Notes under the pieces: model-generated
Seen by the model: only the letters and a program-made list of their open reading frames with translations
The model's database searches: none
Told to the model about the DNA's origin: nothing
Shown here: one piece after another, positions 26,204 to 39,400 of the stretch
How the letters are laid out: the number at the start of each line of letters is the position of its first letter
Numbering within the stretch: the stretch's first letter is position 1
Position numbers and translations under genes: made by a program
Origin: Paragordius varius
Lineage: Eukaryota > Animalia > Nematomorpha
Assembly (NCBI GenBank): GCA_964247055.1
Contig: OZ176054.1
Coordinates: forward strand, 10,230,001-10,294,000
DNA length: 64,000 nucleotides
Direction of reading: 5' to 3'

Positions 26204-28344
26204 TATTTGATTGTTGAAAATATATTATTGATTGTTTAAAATATTATTTGGTAATATATTTTGATTGTTGGAATATTATTTGACTTGAAACTATATGATT
26301 GATTGTTGGAAACACTGAAATGTTATTAAATATATGTTGGAAATATAATTTGATTGTTGAAAATTTATCATGATTGTTGGAAGTCCTAAAATATTATTGG
26401 GTAATACATTTTGATTGTTGTAATTATTATTTGTTGTTGAAATTATATGGTTGATTATTGATAATACTAAAATATTATTGGGTTATATATTTTGATTGTT
26501 AGAAAGATTATTAGATTGTTGAAAATATATTATTGAATGTTGAAAACATTATTGGGTAATATATTTTGATTGTTAGAAATATAATTTGATTGTTAAAAAT
26601 ATAATTGATTGTTGAAAATACTGAAATGTTATTGGGAAATATACGTTGGAAATATAATTTGATTGTTGAAAATTTATGATTGATTGTTGTGACTACTAAT
26701 ATTGGGTTATATATTTTGATTATTGGAAATATTATTTGATTGTTGAAAATATTATTGGGTAATATATTTTGATTTTTGGAAATATTATTTGAATGTTGAA
26801 ATTATATGATTGATTGTTGGAAATACTAAAATATTATTAGATAATATATTTTTATAATTGGAAATATAATTTGATTGTTGAAAATATATGATTGATTTTT
26901 GGGAATACTGAAATATTATTGGGTAATATATTTTGATTGTTCGAAATATAATTTGATAAAAATATATGATTGATTGTTTTGAATACAAAAATTTTATTAG
27001 GTTATACATTTTGTTTGTTGGAATTATTTGATTGTTGAAAATATATAATTCATTGTTGGAAACACGCAAATATTATTGGGTTACATATTTTGATTGTTGG
27101 AAATATTATTTAAATGTAGAAACTATATGATTGATTGTTGGAAATATGTTATTAAATTTATGTTGGAAATATAATTTGATTGATGAAAATTTATGTTGGA
27201 AGTCCTAAAATATTATTGGGTTACATATTTTGATTGTTGAAAATATATTATTGATTGTTGAAAATATTATTAGGTAATATATTTTGATTGTTGGAAATAT
27301 TATTTGAATGTTGAAATTATATGATTGATTGTTGGAAATACTGAGATGTTATTAAATATATGTTGGAAATATAATTTGATTGTTGAAAAATTATGATTAA
27401 TTGTTGTGAATACTAAAATATTATTGGGTTAATTATATTGATTGTTGGCAATATTATTTGGTTGTTGAAAATATATTATTGATTGTTTTATCATTAGGTT
27501 ATATTTTGATAGTTGAAAATATAATTTATTTGTTGAAAATATATAATTGATTGCTGGGAACACTAAAATATTATTAGGTAAATTTTTATATTGGAAATAT
27601 AATTTGTTTGTTAAAAATTTATTGTTTGTTGGAATTACTAAATTATTATTAGATATATTTTTATTATAATATAATTTGATTGTTGAAAATATATGAGTGA
27701 TTGTTGGGAATACTCAAATAATATTGGGTAATATATTTTTATTGTTGGAAATATAATTAAATTGTTGAAAATATATGATTGATTGTTAAGAATACAAAAA
27801 TATTTTTAGATTATATATTTAGTTGGAAATATAATTCGATTGTTGAAATTATATGATTGATTGTTGAAAATACTAAATATTTGGGTTATTATAGTTATTG
27901 GAAATATAATTGGATTGAAAATATATCATTGATTGTTAAAAATACTAAAATGTTATTGGAAAATATATTATTGATTGTTGATATTATTTGATTGTTGAAA
28001 ATCTATGATTGATTATTAAAAATACTAAAATATCATAAAACAAATAATAAATTAAATCATGAAAATTTCATTTTATATGCTTGTTCAATTAACGGAGAAA
28101 GGCATATTAAGATGAAAATTAAAAACATTATCAGATGATTATATATAAATCATAAACTGATATGAAAATTAATAATAAAAAGTTTAAGGAAATATGTTTT
28201 TTTAAAGATGCTTAAAACAATAAAAACTATTATTTTTTCGCCTCAAACTTGTAAACAAATTAAATAATAAAATAGATGAAAATAAGGAACGCGTTTAATT
28301 ATTTAAGCGAACGCGAATCAATCAAAAATCAAAATATCTTATTC

Positions 28345-28600
28345 TGTAAAATTTTGTGTTTTCAAAAATCAATCATATTATTTCAACAATAAAAATATTA
28401 AACCATAACATTTTAGTATTCATAAACGATCAACGAAAATATTCAACAAACAAATAATTATCCACACAATTAAAATATATTACCTAATAACATTTTAGTA
28501 TTTCCAACAATCAACCAAATATTTTCAATAATCAAATAATATATTCTAGAATCATATTACCCAATTATATTTTAGAAGTTATAACAATCCGCAAATTTTT
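28345..28600 (-). repeat. Inverted block of the same satellite
   Basis: AAAATATATTACCTAATAACATTTTAGTATTTCCAACAATCAA is the reverse complement of the unit. Confidence 0.75.
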
Positions 28601-28685
28601 CAAGCAAAAGCAACAATTTTTCTAAAAATTATAGACAAATTTTTTTTATGACAATTGGTATTAAGTATTCATTGAATTTTATTAA

Positions 28686-30405
28686 CACTTGGATTCAACA
28701 CATTCATTTTAGTCCTTCGATTCAAATTGGGGTAGTTGGATACCCCAGGCCTTTGTAAAGCAAATAATTTACTAAACACCTATTGTTTATAAGTTCTATC
28801 GCTTATTTTATATTTATTAATGTCTAATTAACTAAATACAACAGGAAATTTACATTTTAATTCAAGTCTCTACATGCTTCAGACAATCGATTTACTATGT
28901 TTAGCATCGCCATAACAGAAAGAAAAAATCTTTAAAAGTAAGTTTTTCTAATTTATAGGCTTATGGAGACATATACTTGAATATCCTTATGTAAGATATT
29001 GGACAGTTATTGAATCTCGAGAAGCACCTATAAAATTAGTCTGATAAATTTTGTAAAGAGATTTGCTTAAATTGAAAACATTCCACGTACTTTCTGAAGT
29101 AAATTTTACATTTAGATTTACTATAAAATAGTATTAATATCATGAAAGAAACAGAATCATATACACCAAGATGGTTTTGTCAACAGGTCATCAATATTTA
29201 TATAAATCTTGATCTCCAGAATAGTTCTACCGAATAATCTTATATTTGATGCTTTATATCTAATCATTGTATTTTTTTTATTCTATCTCAAAATAAATCA
29301 AAACTTGCTTTTTTTCTAGAAGTAAATCGTTTATTATTAGATCAGTGAAACCCGCGGCCAGGGCACCTCTATTTTCCAATTATTAGATTATTTTTTTGTG
29401 ATTGTTTAAAAAATAATGCTAATTTCTTATTTTTAAAACCCTTTAAAATTTATCTGGTATAAGTATTTCGTTAATTCCGATCCAAATATTTAATTTCCTA
29501 AAGCGATTTTGTTGTTTTGTCTCAGCTTGCATCAAGAAATCTTATTTCCAAATAATTTATTTAGATTATTTTCATAGTTTGTGCAAACATTATAAGAGGA
29601 TCGCAATAAATGATTGTTTTTCTGTTGACATGCTTGGCAAAGTATTACAGATTTTTACAGATCTTCGACGCAAATAGCACCTTGTAGAATGTATAAGTAT
29701 ATATACCCTTTTGGCATATTAATATAATTGCAAACCGTTCTAAAGCCGATAAAGATTATTTAAAGGACCAAGTATGATTTGCGCAAGCCCATAGCAATCA
29801 GGATACCTAAATTTATATATAGATAGTATACCTAAAAAGGCATCAAATTCTTCTATGATCAAATTAATCTAGTTTTCCGATTTTCATAATCAAATTTTTT
29901 ACGTCATAGGTTATGATAGAATTAAATGTTGTAAGTGGGTCCAGGATTATTGATTTGAGCCCGGGGATAAAACGAAGGATTGCAAGATTTTCCATTATAT
30001 TAAAATCTAGATAAAATAATTTTATACCTGACTTCAAAGATTAGGAGTCATCCACATTATAATCTCTGCTACTATCAAAATTATCTGAAAAATCTCCATA
30101 ACAACAAATATATGCTTTGTAACGGAATATAATTTAAATGATATGTTTACAGGATTTGGGATTGTGCAATCTTGAAAAATAATATGTGTTCTGGTACAAA
30201 AATATAAAAAATAATTCTGGCGTCAACCAATTCGAGATGAGAATTTTTTTTCAAATCTAAATTTCACTAAGTTTTGGTTTAATTATATAATTTTTATAAA
30301 GATAGAAGCATAAACTTAAATTAGGGCCATTCTATTGGGTAGTTTTTAGAGAATACTAATTTGAAAAAGGTCTGGGGTTTAGATACCCCAATTTAAATCG
30401 AAGTG
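28686..30405 (-). mobile_element. piggyBac-like element with decayed transposase
   Basis: TTAA on both sides (28682-85, 30406-09); termini CACTT...AAGTG; inverted subterminal TTCGATTCAAATTGGGGTA..TACCCCAG. Minus-strand fragments DPLTTFNSIITYD, IEEFDAFLGIL, LGILIAMGL and LERFAIIL resemble the piggyBac N-terminal catalytic-region motifs (E..AF.G.LI.MG; M.R.RF..I). Confidence 0.7.
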
Positions 30406-31508
30406 TTAAATGATTAGTTAAATTTTAGGGTTTAATTATGATTAATATTATTTTATCATCAATATTTCATGGTAATATGTTTTTAAACATTTTATTTTTG
30501 CTCATAATTTCATTGTATTATTTAATTATATTATATAATCTATTTTGTTAAGATCAACATTTTCATTATAAACAATCTATTTTTCAAATATTCAATTTTT
30601 ATATTAAAGAATTCCATAAAAATATTTATATTTTAAATATTAAATGTTATATTTTTGTTATATAGATGTAAAATATTAAAAAAACTAATATTAGAAATTA
30701 TAATGTTTATAGATGAAATAAAGTGGATCTCAAAAAATAGTGTAAAACAATTAAATAATAAATTAAGTTATTATTGCAATCATATAACTAAATTTGAATG
30801 AATTTATTAAAGTAAATTTTCGAGTACTACAAGTAATCTCTTAACGTAAAAAAATCAAATTAAAATCAGTATAAATTAAAAATATTTAATGAGAAATGAA
30901 ACTAAAAAAACATGTCTGTTATGATATTAAGGAAAAAAGTTTGCAATGTTATTTATATTGTTGAGATCTCTCTTTATGTTCATTATATTTTCTTCTTTGT
31001 TTATATTTAAACTTCCTTTTATTTATCTACAACTTCGGCATCCCAGTTTATTTTATGTTTGTATTTAAAGGTATGATATGCCAAAGCCCAATCATATGTT
31101 TTATTCTTTTTAACTGCCGTTTTATTTATTTTATCCGAACATCTAGCCCCCCTTTTGTCTGTCCTATGTGCACACTGTCGCAGTCATGGGCAAAATTAAA
31201 ATGTTTGAAAATTTACCATCAATAAAAAATATTATTCAAGGCTATAATTTAACTAATCCTTACCTTAAAATACGATACTTATAAATGTCAAAAAATAAAT
31301 AAAATTATCTTTAAAAAAATTGCTTTGAAAAAATATTGTCTTGGTTGAAAATATGGGTTGAAAAAATGTTGGCTTGGCTTGAATAAAATTTTTTAGTTGA
31401 ATAATGTTGTTTTTAACTTAAAATACATATGAACTGTGAGAAAATATATTTAAGTTTGAAAGCCGACATATTTATTTATGTTTTAAGGTTTTAGAAATCT
31501 TCAATACA

Positions 31509-32353
31509 AACCATTCACAATACGAATTCACCCTTGAACAATTCGAATTCACATAAACAATTCAAATATATTCTGAAATAAAGTATGTGTTTTCGGGCTA
31601 ATAAAACTCATTATTAAAATGAAATATATCTTTATGGCTTAGTTTATTATTTTGTTAAAATCATAATTAAAATTTCTTTTTTAAAAATATATTATAGGTT
31701 TTTTAATCTTTGAAAAATAAATAATTTATTTTTTGATTTGAATTGTTTAACACTTGGATACAACACACTCATGGTAGTTAAATACCCCAGGCCTGTTTAA
31801 AATCAAATACTTTAAAAAGTATGGAAGGAATCGAAACCATGGCAAAATTTTGCACTTATATAACATTAATAAACCGAAAAATATAAAAAATTTTATTCAA
31901 AAATATTTGGTATTACTTATTTTAAGCTGAAACCGAAAGGTAAAAATTTCGTCAACGTGACATGTGTGAAATTATAAAATCGAAAAATAATACAAAATAA
32001 ACCACTCTTTCTAATTCTATCAATGTTAGATGTAATTTAAATAAAAAATTAGCTTTAATTTTACCCTTAAAATTAAATGAAGACGATTTGCAAAAATTTT
32101 GTAAAATAAAAATGGTGTCGAAGTAGTTTGACATGGAACTTTTTTTTCAAAACAAAATTTTATTAAGTTTCGGCATATTTATATAATTTTTATTAGGATA
32201 GAGGCATAAATTTAAATTGGGACCGTTTCCTTCAATAGTTTTTTAAAAATATTAATTTAAATTTAGTCTGGGGTATTTAGATACCCCAATTTGAATCGAG
32301 GTGTTACGGTTGAATTTTAATTGTTCCAGGGTGAATTTGAAGAGTAAATGGTA
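31509..32353. mobile_element. TACC-family MITE type A interrupted by the piggyBac MITE
   Basis: Left arm from 31509; the right arm is split at a TTAA (AATTGTTTAA|insert|TTACGGTTGAAT...AAATGGTA). Confidence 0.75.
31751..32303. mobile_element. piggyBac-derived MITE, internal deletion derivative of 28686-30405
   Basis: Same left end CACTTGGAT(T/A)CAACAC and right end CTGGGGT..AGATACCCCAATTT.AATCGA.GTG; flanked by TTAA (31747-50) and TTAC (32304-07). Confidence 0.75.
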
Positions 32354-33493
32354 GGGAAAAGTGTTTATATAATATTCTACATTGTTTTTATAGCATATCC
32401 ACCATACTTCATAAATCATATATAGTTTAATCTGTTTCCCAAAATTTAAGTTTTTAAAGCAAAGTATGCTATTTTAAGTTTTTTTATGCAATAATCTAGC
32501 AATATATTTAAATTTTCGGACATTTTGAATATACTTGACAATTTTAACAAGTCCGAAAAATGTGCGACAATTAAGATTTGAATAACAGAATAAATTATGC
32601 ATTTTATAAAATAAAAGATTAATTTGGGTTGACTGACGCATAAACTTCTATCAAAAAAATATTATTAAACATAGATTTATAGGACTCCTGTTCCCAAAAC
32701 AACGCATCATAAGAATTCTGGCATATTTACTAATAGACTATATTTGGTTCATCAGGGTATATTTTTATGTGGGACGTGTAATACATTTTTAAAATAATTT
32801 TTTTAGTTTCCATAATTTTTGATAATACTTTTTTTAAAAAGTGAAAATTTGGTTTAACATTAAATTAAAATACTTTGTATTTTATTATATTTTAGCAACC
32901 GAAAATGCTATTTCATATTTAAAATAATGACAAAAATTAGGTATGGAATTTTAATTCCAAGAAATAGATATATTGAATTTTTGGGCCAATTTATATGTAT
33001 ATATGTATAATGCGTTTATGTGGCGGTTTTATTGAAAAAGCTAAACATTACCAATAATAATTTTTTCCCTATGTATCAATTGCAAATAAAAAATATACTG
33101 TAAAAAATTAACCCGTTTAGGGTTATATAGGGAAACTAAATAAAGATCAAACCTATATCGTACATAGCGGATTGGTAAATATTGAAATTAACAGCTAATA
33201 ACATATTTGTTACGGCAATAAAACGATCGATTTAGGGCGAAGGTCAAAATACCGGCTATATTAATAGGCGCAAACACAGTTAAAATTATATATATATATA
33301 TAACATATAACACAAATATAATTGATAAAAAATATTTTTTCATCGCTTAAAACAAATATTGATTTAATTATAGCGAGGAAAGACATAGAGCCGTATATAG
33401 TTCGTTAATATTTATAACTAATAAATACCTCCTTCGTATCTCTAAAATAATCATAAAAGGTTGATTTCCGCATACCAATTTTTTTCTACAAAA

Positions 33494-36400
33494 ATGATCC
33501 TTATATTCTTAGCACTGATATTTTCGGTTAAAGGTAATTTTTACTCAATTATCAAAGTTTTTTATCTAAATATGTAGTTTACTTGACCTTTGTTCCTGCT
33601 TGTATTAAAATTGATAAATATCATATATACACATTTTTAAAAATATTTTTAAATCACTTCAGTGCGGGCTATGCGAAATTGAATTTAACATACAAAGTTA
33701 CAATATTTTTAAGCGTATTACTTAAAGATAGCGCCAAACTATTGAATAACTTATACTCTGTAAATTAAAAAATTGAGTCGATCGATTTTTTCCCAATTGC
33801 ATATAAAATTATATATATTTACAAGAGGTTCTGTAACATACTCTTGGATAAACTTTATGTTAGCAAACATATGGTAGTTGAAAAATGTATTTTACCGCAT
33901 AATAGCATCATTTTTCATACAAATTTACCGTAATTTTAACTTTTTTTAACTCTGAAAAAATGTAATACGTGATTATTACTATTTTTTACTAACTTTATGA
34001 TGCATATAATATCAAAAAACAAAATTTATTTAACGGGTTTTTTCTTTGTTTATAATTCTATTCGACTGACCCCTAGTGTGCGATAAATATGCTATTTTTA
34101 AATCTTATATAGGTTTGTTTGTTGTGGAACGACCCCATTACTTTCATGACCATTTGACTTTTGGCCCTTATTACCAGAAAACATACGCTATTTTGTGGCG
34201 AGATCCAATGGTTACTGTAAACGAAGTTATACACAAAAAATTGTATTCACATGTGGCCCTGGCGCTCAAAATAGTTCCAATGAAAATTGCCCCAGAAAGT
34301 ATGGATTTTAATATCGTAAAGTTCTGAGGCGTTTTTAAAAACCTATTATATATATATATTGCTGCAAAATAGTAAAAACCCTCCATATATAAATTTTGAG
34401 TGATTAAACCCTATTTACCTATTTTTTGTAATTATGTGACTTTTTTGGCAAACTCGGGTTGTAACCGGTTAAAAATGCATTTATAAATACATTTATGGCC
34501 GTGACTGTAATGTCCGCTTATAAAAGTAACCGATATTAAACATATTACTTAAAATAAATATAAAATGGTATAAAATATATTTATGCGTGTGGATAGTAGG
34601 TAGGGCTCCGGACTCTTAGAATGGTGTTTAGTGCCAGAGTTTAAAGTTAAAATTGGGCGATTTTTCCATCATAACTCAGTCCTGTGTATGCGAGTATTAA
34701 AGTTTTCACAATTCCTGATACAATTTATTTCCTTACTCTTTAGGGTAAAATGGCCAGAAAAAAATTTTGAAGGACCAAAATTAATATTTTTCTTGTCCAA
34801 GGGTCGTGAGAATACCAATAAATATTTCATAGTTCTTTGTCCCATTTCCAGATATATCTATACTCCAAATAAGTATGTTAAAAAATAAATAATAAATCAG
34901 GGCCATAAAAAGCACATTTAGGGCCGCGGTTTGAGTACCACAGTTTAAACCGAATTATTTTTATATCATATTCTATTAATTAATGGCTGAGATCGATTAA
35001 TAGTATAAAAATTGTGTTTTAATTGAATTGAAATTTGATTTTTTGCACTCGTATTATAAATTAATATGTCATGTCACAAATTTAATACCACACATCAAAA
35101 ATATATTGTAATTTACAAACACCATTGACCTATTTGTATGCTTTAATCAAAAAGTTGATAAATTTTATTATAACATTTCATTAAAGTCAAAGGTTTTATT
35201 TTTTATATTAATTAACACATAATAACATTAGTTTTTGACTGGTTCTTGTTAAAAGCGGTGAGGGTCTCGGTTATGAACGCATAAATGTTAAGCCCGAACC
35301 TTATATGTTACATTGTTTTTTTGTATTGTTATTATTTTTTAAAATTAAAATTGTGAAAAATATTAAATTTACAACATATTAAAAATGTGTAACTTCTAAC
35401 TTTTACGTAAAATTTAACCAATTTATCCCATGATAATATCAAGTAACCCTTAAAACCTAATTTAAAGCACAGTCGAATTTTTATATTCTTATTAGCCCAA
35501 AATCAAAAACAGCTTAAATAATCGGATGCGTTATTTTAAATAATTTTTCATTAGTGTATCAATTATCTGTCCAAGGTCAAGCAGATTTTAATATACTAAG
35601 TAGACATTTGTTATCTTATCGATTTTAATTATGTCATAAATAATGTAAACATGTACTATATTTAATTTTTTATATTTCGTCTTTTTATCAATAGACATGT
35701 CCCTTTTCTAAGTAATAATTTGTCAAATTAGAGGTGCGAAAATTGGTTATAACATTGTGGATGTGTAATTTTTTGCACTAATTTTAGATATATTTTTGTT
35801 TCTAAAGATTTCTGGTTTAAAAATTATTAGACACAAGCATAATTTATTAGAATAAGTACTTATTATTAATAACAGTAAGAGAAATAGGAAAGATATTTTA
35901 TATAGTAGATATTTTGTGAAATTTAAGCAAAAAAATATAAATTTTTACTGCATACGTTTTTGTTGCTCGAATATTTTCGAAACCTAAAATAAAAAAAATG
36001 AGCCGGCTTATTCACATGGGCAAATATGAGTTTGCTTAACGGCCATTCACATGACTTATAATGTTGCTTGTCAACACTAAAAAGGTTTGCTCGTTTCAAC
36101 AACAATAATAATTAAATATAGATTATCAAAATTATATTTTTTGCATAATTTTTGGCTACTTATTTGCAAAACTTAAAAAATAATATATTTCTTTACCGAA
36201 ATTTGGTTTTGAAACTATATATTTCCTTAATATTCAGTATTAACCACCCTAATACTCTATCAAGAATCCCATTATTTTTCTATTGCATTTAATTAATTTT
36301 TAACGTTATTAATTTTATATATATTATAGCCATTAGATATGGAATCACAGCCTATGTATACAAACACAAAAAGGGTTTTAGATCTACAATTGATAAAACC

Positions 36401-39400
36401 TACCATAACCTAGAAAGTAGTATATTATTACAGTGTTAATCAATTTTATACTCTCTTAATTTAAATATTTTAATATTATTTGTTTTTATAAAATATAACA
36501 TTTTTTATACCTAGTTATAAAATGGATAAAAGTTTATTTGGATAATTTTTTATCATGGTGTCTCAAGTTTTCAGAAAAAATGATTGTTCTTGTTTTAACC
36601 AATGGTTTTGATATTACATTAATTTAAATTTACAGATATTTTAGTAATTTTTAGGATGAGAATAATACGGTAAAAAGCCTAAGCCTATATGCCATAAATT
36701 TTTACTTAAATATTCTTTTCAAAAATTGATTCATACAAAAATATTAATTATATAAGGTTGGTATTGTCTTTAAAATAAATAAATGAAAAATGAAGTTAAC
36801 TCTTTAAAACCGTCATAAACTGCGGTTTTCCTCGAAAAAATGAGGTTTTTTGGTTCCGAAACGGTTACAAAATGGTTGGTTCCAATGTTAATTCCTGCCT
36901 AAAACCCTAATATTTTAACCCTTAGCAAAGCATTAACCATATACAATTGATATAAAATGCTTATTCGCCTTTAAAGTCTTATATATTTAATAAAATGATT
37001 TTAATATTTTTAGCTTTATCAATTTCAAATTAATATTACATTTCTTAAATAACCCGATAGATATCGATCAAAATGCCAGAAATGTAAGAAGTATATGCAA
37101 GGCCTTTCTCATTAGAGGTAACATAACACCATACATTTTTTTATTTTAATTATAATTTATTTTTTAATCCTATAAATCAACAGAAAATTTAACGGCACCC
37201 TTGATATCTTACCGAGTCAAACGCAGAAATACTGGCACAAATTATGTTTTAAGAATTTATGATCCAAGTATATTCTTTATATCACATAAAAATCAATATT
37301 ACAAAGACAAAACATTAAAAGTATTAGCCAAATATTTTTTGTAAAGAAACCGATATTTTATAATCTTTCATTTTTCTATATAGCATAATGATTACAATGC
37401 AAATATAAAATTTAGTTTGGTACCAATCAATTCTAAATGGTTATTTTGCAACCCAAAACAACATATTTTCAAATTTATGGGTTAAAAAAATAGTTTCCTT
37501 TTGTCCAGGGGTGTCCAACCGCAAAATTAGCCCAAAGGTTTCCATGGACCACAGTCAAAATATATATGGGCATTCATAAAAATTTTTTTAGATCTCAAAA
37601 AGAATACAAAATGTAACAATTTTTCTCGTCGTTCTTGCTATTTGGATAAACTTATTTGTAACTTGTCTAAGGAATATTATTTTAATCAAGATTTAGCGAA
37701 CATGCTTTTACAAATTATACATATTTTTGGCGGGCCGCGTGTTGACCACCCCTTAGTCTTTAACTTTTCAGTTTTGTCTTGATATTTTTTTCCTTATTGT
37801 ATATTTCATTATTTTATTCCTTAAATATATAATTTTTTTTGTTCATTTAAAAAATTATAGAATACCAAAAAATTAATAAGATTCATGCCGGAATCGCAAT
37901 CACCTCTCTATATCCCAATAACTCGGTATACGTAGTTGGAACTAAAACGAGAAATAAACCAAACACTTTTTATCAGATTGTGATGAAATCTAAAACACAC
38001 CATCGCTCTAAAAGAGGTATATATAAAACTACATTTCTGAAAAATGATGATAATTAAACCTATCGAAATATATATATATGTTTTTATTATATACTTTAGG
38101 TGATATCACAGGTATAATATTAACCAATATATAATTTTTATTTTGGCTTATCATATTGATTTTTTAGGGTAAAAAAGTATAAATAGTCTTAAATTAATTT
38201 CTCGTTTTCTAAAATATTTATACATTCTAAAATATAAAATATAAATATTTTATCATTTTATATTTTTTGTTGTTGGAAAAGAGCTCTATTATTGGTAAAA
38301 GAGGTTTTTTAATTGACTCATAGACAAGAAATTTATCTAATTAGGATTTTGTTCATATGCTTCCTTTAAAGTATAAAAAAGCTTAGTATAAATCTATCCA
38401 TGCACGCCTGTACTTATAATAAATCTTTCATACACTTCATACATTAAAAAGCACTATTTTAGGCCATATCTGTATTTTAAATGGTTAAATGGTATCTAGT
38501 TTACATGTCTGTTGCCATAGATGTTAATTTTTTCACAAATGTAACTAATAAATACGAAAAATCTCATATATGGCTACTGACATGCAAATTAAAACTCACT
38601 TTTAGCCATTTTAATAGAATTTTTTTAATTATCATGTATTATGAGCATGTACCAAGAATGAAAATTTTTTTTACGTAATTGCATACTTTGTACAAAATTG
38701 TAATAAAATCTTAATATTTAAACAGGTTTATTCAAAGGACCCTCGAAACGTGGTATTAATTTATTGATTATATTTAATATTAATATTTTAGAATTGGGTA
38801 AGTGTTATACTTATAAATATTATATATACATAAAATATATAACTGTATGCACTTTATTGTCGGCCAATCTCACATACAGTATCAATAAATTAAATTACAT
38901 TCTCCATAATTAAGTATAATTTGAAGAATATAAAAAATTGTACCGTCCATTTGTTTTTTTACCCATACGCCACTGTATTACAAAAAGTGGCCATGACCAA
39001 ATATACGTTTGAGCATACTATACTTAAATTACGTATACCATTAAGAGTGTCCTTGAACACTTCAAGTTGGTCCTTGAACATTTCAAGTTGGTCTTCAAGT
39101 TGGTCCACTTTTTTGTTTTTAACTTTTACCAATCAAATCGTTAATAATTCATCTATTATATTGTTTTTAACTTATATTTCTATTATTTAACATTTAATCA
39201 ACTTTAATCTTTGAGAAACCGTATACTTGATTAATTTCTTAAAATAATTTTGGATATTTATAAGATTGTAACACTAAATAAAAAAATATGTAAGTTTTCT
39301 GATTAATTACAATTTTTAAAAACATATAAAAGTTAACAATTTTGTTGAAAAATAGTTTGGAACAAAAATGTGGTTTTTCAATAAATTTTTTTTTTTTAAA

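Larger units (their letters stand above)
21600..28030 (+). repeat. AT-rich satellite, about 82-bp higher-order unit of four 20-21-bp subunits; blocks about 21600-22041, 24284-24899 and 26204-28030
   Basis: Recurrent TATTATTGGGTAATATATTTT-GATTGTTGGAAATATAATTT-GATTGTTGAAAATATATGATT-GATTGTTGGAAATACTAAAA; interrupted by the LINE and by element G. Confidence 0.9.

Noticed and set aside
26785-27069. 94-aa I/Y/N-rich ORF
   Set aside because: Satellite translation.
21600-28030. CRISPR-like array
   Set aside because: Head-to-tail degenerate units with no unique spacers, no cas genes, and a eukaryotic context.
30945-31070. Hydrophobic ATG-initiated stretch as the gene 2 signal peptide
   Set aside because: It ends in a stop without a suitable donor; the real signal exon (33494-33533) is conserved in all three paralogs.
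38017-38752. RSKR-GLF as a homolog of the influenza haemagglutinin fusion peptide
   Set aside because: Only three residues match, the following residues are charged, and the paralogs read GFR and GIS.
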